Assembly: GCA_013289265.1 (NCBI GenBank)
Contig: JABDAH010000002.1
Coordinates: 8,581 to 72,580, forward strand
Length of the DNA stretch: 64,000 nt
From: Alphaproteobacteria bacterium
Lineage (GTDB): Bacteria > Pseudomonadota > Alphaproteobacteria > UBA9219
Reading direction: 5' to 3'
Of this stretch, positions 45,953 through 54,588 are shown piece after piece. Position 1 is the first letter of the stretch. Every line of letters begins with the position of its first letter. The notes beneath the pieces were generated by a model. It had not been told where the DNA came from. It did not search any database and saw only the letters and a list, made by a program, of their open reading frames with translations. A program made the position numbers and the translations under genes.

Positions 45953-47158
45953 TTAGAAAGCCAGCGTATAGGAAAGCGAGGGACCAAAACCCCAGCTACC
46001 GACATTGGCTATATTGGTATGGTTGATACCGCCACCGATTTCAAGATGTTCTGCCAGTTCATATGTCAATGTAAGGTTTTCCTGATGATCAGTATCCTGC
46101 GAAGCACCTTCGCTTTGGCGCAAGCCTCCTGCAAGATTTAACCCCCAACGACCTTCGGAAAAAGCGAGGCCACCAACGACATAATGCCGTTCCAGATTAT
46201 CTATGTTCTGGAAATTATCGAAATGAGTGTATTCCAGAAAAGGTGTCACACCAATACGCGATGTCAATGGAATACCGTCACCGCCGGGGTTGTAAGATGC
46301 CCCAACCGATTCGCCTGTTTCTGTTTTTCCAGCAGGATCGTCCGTCGCTTCACGCGTGAGAGATGCTTGGTAAGTCAGCCCCTGCTCCGTCTTGCCGCCG
46401 CGCAAGGCTGCTGTGAAGCTATCCAGACCACCCGTATTTGAAGGACCAAAAGCGCCGCGCGTATATTTACGCAAACGGTCAGCATTCGGGTCATCAAGCG
46501 CCGGTTGCGATATCAACGATGTGGAGAGAAAACTGGTATCGAGATAATAACCTTCAAACGAAAGCCTGACGTTCTTTATGACGCCGACATCTGGCAGGCG
46601 GTATTGGGCACCAACGCCGATACGTTCATCCTGTTCATAATCGGTACCAAAATTATAAAAGATACCGGGCGTTTGCTCGTAAGCCGAGCCAAAATTCGGA
46701 TGGATTTTACCACCGTAAACGGCGACATTTTCAACTGGGCGCACCGTTGCATACATCTGGCGTAAAGTCAGGCCTTCGCTGCGAAAGAAGGTATTACGGT
46801 CAGGGTAGTAATCATTCATATTATCATTGCGATTACGCTCCAGCTTCATATCGCTGTTGAGCGATAGCCAGCTGGAATAATTGCCGTAAAGCGACAGGTC
46901 GGTATCGTTATAAGCATTGCCTTTGGCCGAAGCATTCGATGGTTTGTTCATTTCGGCCTGAAAATGGGTATTCACTTCACCGCCATAGTTAAAACGGCTT
47001 TCCCCCTCCCCATCATTTTCCAGTGTCGCGGCATCGGCACTCGGGGTATTGGCAGCGCGCGATGACGCGCCTGAGGCATCAGATTCTTCCGCAAACAACG
47101 GGCGACAAACAACGAGTGTGAGCAAGCTGACACTCAACAACAGAACGGATTTTTTCAT
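45953..47158 (-). CDS. Outer-membrane beta-barrel (porin-like) protein
   Basis: Signal peptide (MKKSVLLLSVSLLTLVVCRPLFA). Alternating beta-strand pattern. C-terminal ..SYTLAF ends in an aromatic residue, the typical OMP signature. Confidence 0.7.
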   Translation of the reverse strand: MKKSVLLLSVSLLTLVVCRPLFAEESDASGASSRAANTPSADAATLENDGEGESRFNYGGEVNTHFQAEMNKPSNASAKGNAYNDTDLSLYGNYSSWLSLNSDMKLERNRNDNMNDYYPDRNTFFRSEGLTLRQMYATVRPVENVAVYGGKIHPNFGSAYEQTPGIFYNFGTDYEQDERIGVGAQYRLPDVGVIKNVRLSFEGYYLDTSFLSTSLISQPALDDPNADRLRKYTRGAFGPSNTGGLDSFTAALRGGKTEQGLTYQASLTREATDDPAGKTETGESVGASYNPGGDGIPLTSRIGVTPFLEYTHFDNFQNIDNLERHYVVGGLAFSEGRWGLNLAGGLRQSEGASQDTDHQENLTLTYELAEHLEIGGGINHTNIANVGSWGFGPSLSYTLAF

Positions 47159-47188
47159 GACAGGATTCCACTAAAAGATGAGAAAAGA

Positions 47189-47983
47189 TTATTTCTTGGC
47201 AATATCGACAGCTTCGCTGGCGACAGCACGGTACTGGCTAACCGTGCCGCGCGGCACCGGTCCCGGTATGAGCGGTTCGACAATATACTGGGCCTTCGCA
47301 AGTACCGTTTTGAACCGGGTCAACAGACTTTGATCGGCGGCATCCTTATGCGTTTCCATAAGATGGCTGAGTTCCTGTGCGACATAGCTCAGGTAACCAC
47401 GGCTGTCGTGGTATTCCACAATTGTTTCCACACGGCCATGTTCCAGCGCTTCTCCATATTCACCGGATGCTGCGTCGATTGTATCGGCACACACCCTGAT
47501 CATTTCCGGCACTGAATTACGCACTTGTTCCGGTACCGTCTGACGTGCCTGATGGACGGCAGCGATTGTTGATTGATAGAGCGTTTCAGTATCGGGACTA
47601 TCCGGTGCGGCGGATACGGCGGCTTCCAGCTTGATCAGCTTGTCGTCAAACGCCGGCGCTTTTTTCTTTTCCAGATAATCCGAAAGATCTGCATAGAGTT
47701 CACGCACAGGATGACCAAAATGCGGGAGAGCCAATGCGGGCTTATTGGCTTTCAAAAGATCGTGACCGATGATCAAATGCCCTTCCAGCATGCCAAGGCG
47801 GAACAGAAAATCAGTGTCATCAGCGGCGACGCCGTATGAAGACTCAGCCGCAGTATAAATAAACACCGGCGAAGCCGTTTTTAAAGATGTGGCATCACCT
47901 AATGACACTGGAGAAGCGCCAGCACACACCGCATAAAAACAAATTCCAATAAGAGCTAACGAGGCAACGAGGGATAAGCGCAT
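47189..47983 (-). CDS. Hypothetical periplasmic protein (His-rich helices)
   Basis: Signal peptide (MRLSLVASLALIGICFYAVCAGA). ..GHLIIGHDLL..LPHFGHPVREL... No family recognised. Confidence 0.55.
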   Translation of the reverse strand: MRLSLVASLALIGICFYAVCAGASPVSLGDATSLKTASPVFIYTAAESSYGVAADDTDFLFRLGMLEGHLIIGHDLLKANKPALALPHFGHPVRELYADLSDYLEKKKAPAFDDKLIKLEAAVSAAPDSPDTETLYQSTIAAVHQARQTVPEQVRNSVPEMIRVCADTIDAASGEYGEALEHGRVETIVEYHDSRGYLSYVAQELSHLMETHKDAADQSLLTRFKTVLAKAQYIVEPLIPGPVPRGTVSQYRAVASEAVDIAKK

Positions 47984-47999
47984 GACAATCTCCAGAGTT

Positions 48000-48037
48000 A
48001 GGAATGATTCTCATTATTAATTGAGAATAGTTCTCAA
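48000..48037. promoter_or_regulatory. Candidate iron-responsive operators: a Fur-box-like 19-mer followed by a 7-3-7 perfect palindrome resembling the Irr ICE motif
   Basis: 48000-48018 (aggaatgattctcattatt) matches GATAATGATAATCATTATC at 13 of 19 positions. 48021-48037 is TTGAGAA-TAG-TTCTCAA. Both lie 17-54 nt upstream of the minus-strand gene start at 47983. Confidence 0.45.
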
Positions 48038-48111
48038 TTGCATTATTGAGATTGGTGTGTCAAGTCATAAAGTAGGACTTTGATAAAAAACAAATCTACC
48101 CGGATATAGCG

Positions 48112-48651
48112 ATGATTGATGTCTACAACACAGGCTTTGGCCTTCATTTGCCGACTGAGCTGCTGGTTAAACTAGCGACGAGCGATCTGCGCATCTATGT
48201 CTACGGTATGCGGGTTTTGTACGGCACGATGCGGTTTCTGCATTTGCTCGGCATGGCAATTTTTCTGGGTATGATCATGCTGATTGAAGTTAAGCGACTT
48301 GGCATGTTCCGGGAAGCCTCGCTACAGTCCGCACGGTTGCCGATGATCGCCCTACTCAACTCGTCCTTTGCGGTGACGATCATCACTGGCATCGGTCTTT
48401 TCCTATATGACCCGATTGGCACCGGGTTGCACACGATGTTTTTGCCGAAGCTGATCTTGGTCACGCTGGGTCTGTTCCATGCGCGCTGGATACAACGCAC
48501 ATCTGCCGTTAAGGATAAAAAGATGCTGAAGCAGGCATCGGCAGCCGTGGCGATGGTGATCTGGATTTTAGTAATAGGCTGTTCGACGTGGAACCATGTT
48601 GAGCGCCCACTGAACCCGGCAGATGTCCACCGCATTGATCCACGCGGTTAG
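48112..48651 (+). CDS. Hypothetical integral membrane protein (about 4 TM)
   Basis: Hydrophobic segments (LLGMAIFLGMIMLI, FAVTIITGIGLFLY, LILVTLGLF, AVAMVIWILVIGC). Divergent from the cupredoxin cluster. Confidence 0.55.
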   Translation: MIDVYNTGFGLHLPTELLVKLATSDLRIYVYGMRVLYGTMRFLHLLGMAIFLGMIMLIEVKRLGMFREASLQSARLPMIALLNSSFAVTIITGIGLFLYDPIGTGLHTMFLPKLILVTLGLFHARWIQRTSAVKDKKMLKQASAAVAMVIWILVIGCSTWNHVERPLNPADVHRIDPRG

Positions 48652-48730
48652 TCCGCGATCGTTTCAAACAAACTGTTTACAGTTTTGCTTGAAACGTGAA
48701 TCGCTGGACCAAATGTTGGCGCAGAAACAA

Positions 48731-48754
48731 ATCAGGCCCCGTAAGGGGCCCGAT
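48731..48754. terminator. GC-rich hairpin between convergent genes
   Basis: atcaggcccc-gtaa-ggggcccgat. The flanking T/A runs are weak. Confidence 0.45.
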
Positions 48755-48778
48755 TAATTCATGAAACTGTGGAAGCGG

Positions 48779-49198
48779 TTAACCTGACGGACCAGTCGTT
48801 ACATTGACGCCGTAACGGTGCTTCAATATCTCGACATTTTCGCGTGTCAGATTATGCATGAGGCGCGAGATTTCTTTCGCGACTTTCAGTATCTGAGTGA
48901 CGATTGCAAAACCCTGGTTCTGTAGATTAGCCCAACTGACCTGAACATGTGCCGAAGCGCGCGCAGGAAGTTCGCTGAAAAATTCTGCTACCTGAGCCAT
49001 GACTTCGTTGGCATCAAAATGCTGCCACGAGCCCATGACTTCTTTGAGCTTGTTTGGGGGAAGACGAATACCACCGCCAGCCGTACCACCTGATTTACCA
49101 GACTTGCCGGATTTGCCTTCACCGGATTTATCAATAGCTGTGGTCTCTTCGACTGAACCTGTCGGAATTTCATCGTTATCATCAATAGCGTCGATCAT
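48779..49198 (-). CDS. Hypothetical protein with an acidic N-terminus and a GKS repeat
   Basis: 139-aa ORF containing ..GEGKSGKSGKSGG.. (9-bp tandem repeat). No family recognised. Confidence 0.45.
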   Translation of the reverse strand: MIDAIDDNDEIPTGSVEETTAIDKSGEGKSGKSGKSGGTAGGGIRLPPNKLKEVMGSWQHFDANEVMAQVAEFFSELPARASAHVQVSWANLQNQGFAIVTQILKVAKEISRLMHNLTRENVEILKHRYGVNVTTGPSG

Positions 49199-49220
49199 TT
49201 AATAGGCGCTCCTTTATGAC

Positions 49221-49508
49221 TTAACTAATGGTCTTACCGTCTTTTAATCTTAAGAAACTGGTGTCATATCCTTCGACAGGCTTCTTGTTCTCCATCCTTA
49301 TTATAAGGATCTTATTTATTTTCAGCAAGTAGTTATCCATTTCGTCGGTTGCTTCCCAGTCTATAGGAAAGGTACCCCCGGTGTCAAAAATGATCTCAAG
49401 TTGTTTCTTATCAATATGATAGCCCACCCAAAGAGGAGTCGCCTCAAAGGGTTCATCATGTACAAGGCACATTTTGCCACGAGCGTTAACGACTAGACCG
49501 ATATTCAC
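49221..49508 (-). CDS. Hypothetical protein (95 aa)
   Basis: ORF only. No motif recognised. Confidence 0.4.
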   Translation of the reverse strand: MNIGLVVNARGKMCLVHDEPFEATPLWVGYHIDKKQLEIIFDTGGTFPIDWEATDEMDNYLLKINKILIIRMENKKPVEGYDTSFLRLKDGKTIS

Positions 49509-49643
49509 GTTCGTACAGGCTCCCGATTCGGTTCGCTCAGCTTATTCCGGTATTGGCACGCGGCGAAATAGACATGGTTTCTGTTGCAATGCAATGGTGA
49601 TTGTTGCGCATAGTTGGTTAATAAGGCGTTAGTTTCCTTAGGG

Positions 49644-50225
49644 TTAACGGCGCGCTTTAAGAGCTGCCGTTAACGTACCGTCATCCAGGTAGTCCAGCTC
49701 GCCACCTACCGGCAACCCATGCGCGAGTTTGGACAGAGATACACCCGTTTCTTCCAGTTTTTCGGCTACGTAATGAGCGGTAGTCTGACCTTCGACTGTG
49801 GCATTGAGCGCCAGAATGACTTCTTTTACCTCTCCCCCTCTTAACCGGTCCAACAGCTGGTCGATACGGAGGTCGGCAGGGCGTATGCCTTCCAAAGCTG
49901 ACAGAGTGCCACCCAGCACATGATAGAGGCCGCGAAAAGCATGACTGCGTTCCAGCGCCCAAAGATCAGCCACATCCTCGACAACGCAAATGAGGCTGCG
50001 ATCGCGGCGCTGGTCACTGCAAACTTCACAGGGGTCGCTGCCGCCCAGATTGCCGCAGATGTTGCATGTCTTCACATTCATGGCAGCATTTTGCAGCGCC
50101 TCTACTAACGGCAACATCAGACCTTCGCGGCGCTTTAGCAGGTGTAAAACCATGCGCCGCGCCGAACGCGGGCCTAGCCCCGGCAACTTGCCAAGGATAT
50201 TCATCAGTTGATCGAGAGGAGACAT
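49644..50225 (-). CDS. recR: Recombination protein RecR
   Basis: HhH N-terminus (LPGLGPRSARRM), C4 zinc finger (CNICGNL..CEVC) and Toprim region (ICVVEDVADLWALE). Confidence 0.95.
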   Translation of the reverse strand: MSPLDQLMNILGKLPGLGPRSARRMVLHLLKRREGLMLPLVEALQNAAMNVKTCNICGNLGGSDPCEVCSDQRRDRSLICVVEDVADLWALERSHAFRGLYHVLGGTLSALEGIRPADLRIDQLLDRLRGGEVKEVILALNATVEGQTTAHYVAEKLEETGVSLSKLAHGLPVGGELDYLDDGTLTAALKARR

Positions 50226-50239
50226 TGCAACAACTCTAC

Positions 50240-50593
50240 TTAATAAGGGAGCAAAAGCTGAAAGACGTACCTATCATCAAAAACTTGTTTAAAATAACAG
50301 ATGCAACAAAACATCGGCATCAATAAGACAACTAAAGTTATTATATACTTTTGTTTCTTATAAAATTTATTAGCAGCACATACAAGAACTAGGGGGACAG
50401 TGTTCACTGCGAAAGCCAATAAATTTGAAGAAAGAATATTGATGCCAACATTGGCATGTACTAATAGCCCAAACATACAAAACTGCAACACAACGCTAGC
50501 AGCACCCATAACAATAACGCATATAATTGCTAACTTTGAGATCTGCCGAAGAACTGTAGATTGCATAGACAGTTCGTCCATAATATTTTCCAC
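50240..50593 (-). CDS. Hypothetical small membrane protein, AT-rich insert between ybaB and recR
   Basis: 117 aa with 3-4 hydrophobic segments. Markedly AT-rich compared with its flanks. Confidence 0.4.
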   Translation of the reverse strand: MENIMDELSMQSTVLRQISKLAIICVIVMGAASVVLQFCMFGLLVHANVGINILSSNLLAFAVNTVPLVLVCAANKFYKKQKYIITLVVLLMPMFCCICYFKQVFDDRYVFQLLLPY

Positions 50594-50599
50594 TTGATA

Positions 50600-50920
50600 C
50601 TAAAACGGCAGTTTAACGCCCGGCGGAAGTTTGATGCCGCCCATCATTTTTTCGGTTTCACCGGCGACATGCGCCTCGACTTTCGCCTTGGCATCGGCGC
50701 AAGCGGCAACAATCAGATCTTCCAGCATTTCGAGATCAGCAGGATCGACGATTTTCGGATCCAGCTTAATCTTCTTCAGCTCGCCCTTGCCGTTCATCGT
50801 GGCGACAACCATGCCGCCGCCGGACTGGCCGGTGACTTCAATTGAGCCAAGCTGTTCCTGCATGGCGGCCATTTTGCCCTGCATTTCCTGAACCTGCTTC
50901 ATCATCGCGCCAATATTCAT
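50600..50920 (-). CDS. ybaB: Nucleoid-associated protein YbaB/EbfC
   Basis: MMKQVQEMQGKMAAMQEQL..VEVTGQSGGGMV..LKKIKLDPKIVDP..LEDLI... 106 aa. Confidence 0.93.
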   Translation of the reverse strand: MNIGAMMKQVQEMQGKMAAMQEQLGSIEVTGQSGGGMVVATMNGKGELKKIKLDPKIVDPADLEMLEDLIVAACADAKAKVEAHVAGETEKMMGGIKLPPGVKLPF

Positions 50921-50923
50921 TGT

Positions 50924-52744
50924 TTAGTCCTCAGTAGGGTTGATAGTTACGTCATCCATTAGCACGGCATCATCGCTCGCCGCAGGCACAGGTGTCATAA
51001 CCTTTTGCCGCAGCGCTGTCATCTTCGCGCCGGGGAAGGTCAGCATCACCGCTTGTGTCAGCGGATGCGCCAAAGCCTGATCCTGCCGTTTTTGTTCAGC
51101 TGCACGGTCTTGCTCCGCCAATGTTTGCTCACCGGGTTTATCGGTAATAGATACGACCCAACGCTGCCCTGTCCACTGCGTCAGGCATTGGCCTAGACGA
51201 TAAGCTAAGTTCTGCGGCGCATTAACCCCTACACGAATTTCCAGAATCCCAGCTTCGCAGCGCACGACATTGACGTTACTGTAAAGCTGGCCGTGCAATG
51301 CACCTTCGCGATTAGCTGAAAACAGCGCGACCAATTCTTTATAGTTTGTCGGCGACGGCTGGGCGGCAATATCGGTTTGGGGAATGGCTTGCTGCGCTAC
51401 GGCGGAGCTGAGTATAGCAGTTGCGCCACCCTGCGCAATTTTCGCACGCGTACCACCGCCGCCCGGTGCCGGCATTGCTGGCGTCGCCGCAGTTGCCGCC
51501 GCGCCCTCCTTCAACTGTTTGATCAGATCAGCTGGCAACGGCAATTCAGCTGCATAAGCAAGGCGGATCAGCACCATTTCAGCAGCCTGTGCCGGATGCG
51601 GCGCGTTCTGCACTTCACTGATACCCTTTAGCAAAATCTGCCAAACGCGAGATAGTGCCGCGACCTTTATATCCGATAAATCCGTCAGCAATTGCCGGTC
51701 ATATTCAGGCAGGCTCTGGTCCTTGGCGAAATCAGGGACCACCTGCCCGCGCGTTAACATATGCACGAGGTCGCACATATCCTGCAGTACCTGCAATGGG
51801 TCAGAACCCGCCTGCTGCATCGTCGCGAAAGTTTCCAGCGCCGCCGGCATATCGCCGCGCAGCAGATTACGGCACAGACCAATAATATGGGCACGGTCGG
51901 CAAGCCCCAGCATGTCTTTCACATCTATAGCCGTTACGGCGCCATTACCACGCGCAATCGCCTGATCGAGTAAACTCAGGCCGTCACGCACGGAACCATC
52001 GGCGGCATGCGCAATAAGCTTAATCGCTTCAGGTTCGGCTTCGACCTTTTCCCAACCCGCCACATCGATAAAATGCTTGGTCAGCATATCGCTGTCGATA
52101 CGGCGCAGATCAAAACGCTGACAACGGGATAGAACAGTGACTGGGACCTTACGGATTTCAGTGGTCGCAAAGATAAATTTGGTGTGCGGTGGCGGTTCTT
52201 CCAATGTTTTCAGCAACGCATTGAATGCGTTTTTGGAGAGCATGTGAACTTCGTCGAGGATATATATTTTATAACGCGCCGATACAGGGCCGTAGCGCAC
52301 GCCGTCGATAATATCGCGGATGTCATCGACGCCGGTACGCGATGCAGCATCCATTTCCAGCACATCGACATGGCGGTCTTCGGTTATGGTGCGGCAGGCA
52401 TCGCAAACACCGCAAGGCTTGATGGTGGGGCCGCCTTTGCCGTCTGCCCCGGTGCAATTCAGGGCGCGGGCAATGATACGCGCCGTCGTGGTTTTGCCGA
52501 TACCGCGCACACCCGTCAGCATCCATGCATGCGGCAAACGCCCTGCTTCGATGGCATTGGTCAGCGTGCGAACCATCGCTTCCTGACCGATAAGTTGCTC
52601 GAATGTCGTTGGGCGATATTTGCGCGCCAGCACACGGTAACCGGGAGGCGCAGCACTTGTCATGGGCATGTCTGCCCATAAACCAGTCTGGCCTTCGTGG
52701 TTATTTGTATCGGGCGTATCCGCGCTGGCAAAAAGTTCGCTCAA
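50924..52744 (-). CDS. dnaX: DNA polymerase III subunits gamma/tau
   Basis: YRVLARKYRPTTFEQLIGQE, Walker A (GVRGIGKTTTARI), zinc module (C..CGVCDAC), and KIYILDEVHMLS. Confidence 0.95.
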   Translation of the reverse strand: MSELFASADTPDTNNHEGQTGLWADMPMTSAAPPGYRVLARKYRPTTFEQLIGQEAMVRTLTNAIEAGRLPHAWMLTGVRGIGKTTTARIIARALNCTGADGKGGPTIKPCGVCDACRTITEDRHVDVLEMDAASRTGVDDIRDIIDGVRYGPVSARYKIYILDEVHMLSKNAFNALLKTLEEPPPHTKFIFATTEIRKVPVTVLSRCQRFDLRRIDSDMLTKHFIDVAGWEKVEAEPEAIKLIAHAADGSVRDGLSLLDQAIARGNGAVTAIDVKDMLGLADRAHIIGLCRNLLRGDMPAALETFATMQQAGSDPLQVLQDMCDLVHMLTRGQVVPDFAKDQSLPEYDRQLLTDLSDIKVAALSRVWQILLKGISEVQNAPHPAQAAEMVLIRLAYAAELPLPADLIKQLKEGAAATAATPAMPAPGGGGTRAKIAQGGATAILSSAVAQQAIPQTDIAAQPSPTNYKELVALFSANREGALHGQLYSNVNVVRCEAGILEIRVGVNAPQNLAYRLGQCLTQWTGQRWVVSITDKPGEQTLAEQDRAAEQKRQDQALAHPLTQAVMLTFPGAKMTALRQKVMTPVPAASDDAVLMDDVTINPTED

Positions 52745-52770
52745 ATGAATTCCTGATATCTGGCAGATTA

Positions 52771-52869
52771 GGTGGGAGATTGAACGACGACCCGAACCCG
52801 AAAGTGTTACGGTTGCTTCCTTCCGGACCTGGCCGGGTTGGCACGGGGTCCGTCCACCGCCAACCTCCC
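52771..52869 (-). ncRNA. ffs: Signal recognition particle RNA (4.5S, small bacterial type)
   Basis: The reverse complement contains the conserved domain-IV sequence CCAGGTCCGGAAGGAAGCAACC. The 5' GGGAGGTTG pairs with the 3' CAATCTCCC. It sits upstream of dnaX as in many bacteria. Ends are approximate, +/-5 nt. Confidence 0.85.
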
Positions 52870-52937
52870 GCAGCTGTTATAGCAAAATTGCCCTGAAAAC
52901 CCAGCCAAAAAACGGGCAGTTTCCTTGGAGAAACGGG

Positions 52938-53789
52938 TTAATTCTGACCGATGAGCACCGTCATCTTTGCGACTCGCGCCATAAACTTAACGTCATGGAC
53001 ACGGATGATATCAGCGCCGCGCAAAACCGACGCGGCCACGCAAGCGGCGGTTCCTTCCAGCCGGTCATCCACAGTCAGTTCCAGGGCGCGGCCGATAAAA
53101 GATTTGCGCGAGGGTCCAACCAGGACAGGGTAGCCGAGCACTTTTAATTTCCCGACATGATTGATGAGTGCCAGATTTTGTTCCAGCGTTTTGCCAAAAC
53201 CAATGCCGGGATCGAGGATAATTTTATCTTTGGCAATGCCTGCCTGTAGCGCCGCACCCACCGCCGCCAGCAGATCCTGATTAACAGTCTGAACGATGTC
53301 GCCCGTAACACCCGTTTGATATTCACCGCCAATTGTCGCATCGCGCATAATGGCATGTGCCTTGCTGGCATTATGCATCAGGACAATATGCGCCTTATAT
53401 CTAGCGACAATCGTCGCCATTTCTGTATCCCCTGCCAGGGCTGAGACATCATTGACGATACTGGCGCCTGCCTGCAATGCCGCTTCTGCAACCTTTGCCT
53501 TCACTGTGTCGATGGACATTGCCGCGTCGCAGCCTGCTTTCTTCAGCGCTTCGATCACTGACGCAGTGCGACGGATTTCTTCATCGACAGAAATTGTTTC
53601 CGCACCGGGACGCGAGCTCTCGCCACCGATATCCAGAATGGTGGCGCCGTCAACGATCATCTGCTGGCCCTGCGCCACCGCTGCTGCGACATAATCCCTA
53701 TGCGATATCAACCCATCGCCGGAAAACGAATCCGGCGTGACATTGATAATACCCATAATCAAAGGCTGGCGATGGTTAGATAGCTGCAT
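52938..53789 (-). CDS. folP: Dihydropteroate synthase
   Basis: IMGIINVTPDSFSGDG, ILDIGGESSRPGA and ILDPGIGFGK motifs. Confidence 0.95.
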   Translation of the reverse strand: MQLSNHRQPLIMGIINVTPDSFSGDGLISHRDYVAAAVAQGQQMIVDGATILDIGGESSRPGAETISVDEEIRRTASVIEALKKAGCDAAMSIDTVKAKVAEAALQAGASIVNDVSALAGDTEMATIVARYKAHIVLMHNASKAHAIMRDATIGGEYQTGVTGDIVQTVNQDLLAAVGAALQAGIAKDKIILDPGIGFGKTLEQNLALINHVGKLKVLGYPVLVGPSRKSFIGRALELTVDDRLEGTAACVAASVLRGADIIRVHDVKFMARVAKMTVLIGQN

Positions 53790-54284
53790 TTACAAATTCC
53801 CCAGACAAACAGGCGCCGTGCTCGCAACTAAACCCAGCATATCAGTTACAGTCTGTCCGCTCTGCGGATGTTTCCAATCTGGCGCGATATCCGCAAGCGG
53901 CTTTAGAACAAATTCACGCTCCGCCATACGTGAATGCGGCAGGATCAGTTCCGGCAACACAAAAACCTGGTCATCATAAAAAAGAATATCGATATCCAGC
54001 AGGCGCGGCCCGTAGCGGAATGTCGGCGCACGCCCCAATTCTGTTTCCAACCGCTTCAGCTCTCGCAACAAGGGCAGCGGCTCCAGCCTTGTTTCCGCCA
54101 GCACGGCCATATTCAAGAAAGGCGGTTGATCGGTCACATAGGCGGCGGCCGTTTCATAAACCAGTGACTGCTTAACGGTAACAATGTCAGGCGCAAAACC
54201 AGCGATGGCCGCCCTCAAAACCGCCTGCCGGTCGCCTAGGTTAGAGCCCAAAGCAAGGGCGATAGAATGGGTTTGGCTGCTCAT
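53790..54284 (-). CDS. folK: 2-amino-4-hydroxy-6-hydroxymethyldihydropteridine pyrophosphokinase
   Basis: ALALGSNLGDR, GPRLLDIDILFYD, LILPHSRMAEREFVLKPLADI. It abuts folP. Confidence 0.92.
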   Translation of the reverse strand: MSSQTHSIALALGSNLGDRQAVLRAAIAGFAPDIVTVKQSLVYETAAAYVTDQPPFLNMAVLAETRLEPLPLLRELKRLETELGRAPTFRYGPRLLDIDILFYDDQVFVLPELILPHSRMAEREFVLKPLADIAPDWKHPQSGQTVTDMLGLVASTAPVCLGNL

Positions 54285-54435
54285 ATTCCAGCGCTTATAA
54301 GGAATTCGGGCCCTCCTGCACAGGGCTTATATAAAGCCTTTGCCTTTCCCCGGCTTTTTAGCTAGTTTGCCCGCCTTTCCCACCGTTGATAAAACTCTGG
54401 TGGGCAAATCCGCAGAACTGAATTCTGCATACGTC

Positions 54436-54512
54436 GCGCCCGTAGCTCAACTGGATAGAGCATCTGACTACGAATCAGAAGGCTGGAAGTTCGAATCTTT
54501 CCGGGCGCGCCA
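54436..54512 (+). tRNA. tRNA-Arg (anticodon ACG), CCA encoded
   Basis: GCGCCCGTAGCTCAACTGGATAGAGCATCTGACTACGAATCAGAAGGCTGGAAGTTCGAATCTTTCCGGGCGCGCCA. Cloverleaf with the CTACGAA anticodon loop. Confidence 0.95.
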
Positions 54513-54588
54513 CTTTTCAATGACTTAAGTTGCACGTAAAAATCCGCCGATTTGCAGAAATGTACCGTTATGTTCTATAGAACATAAC

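Noticed and set aside
52184-52681. 165-aa plus-strand ORF and the 118-aa ORF at 52323-52679
   Set aside because: They overlap dnaX, either antisense or in an alternative frame.
54340-54528. 62-aa ORF
   Set aside because: It spans the tRNA-Arg gene.
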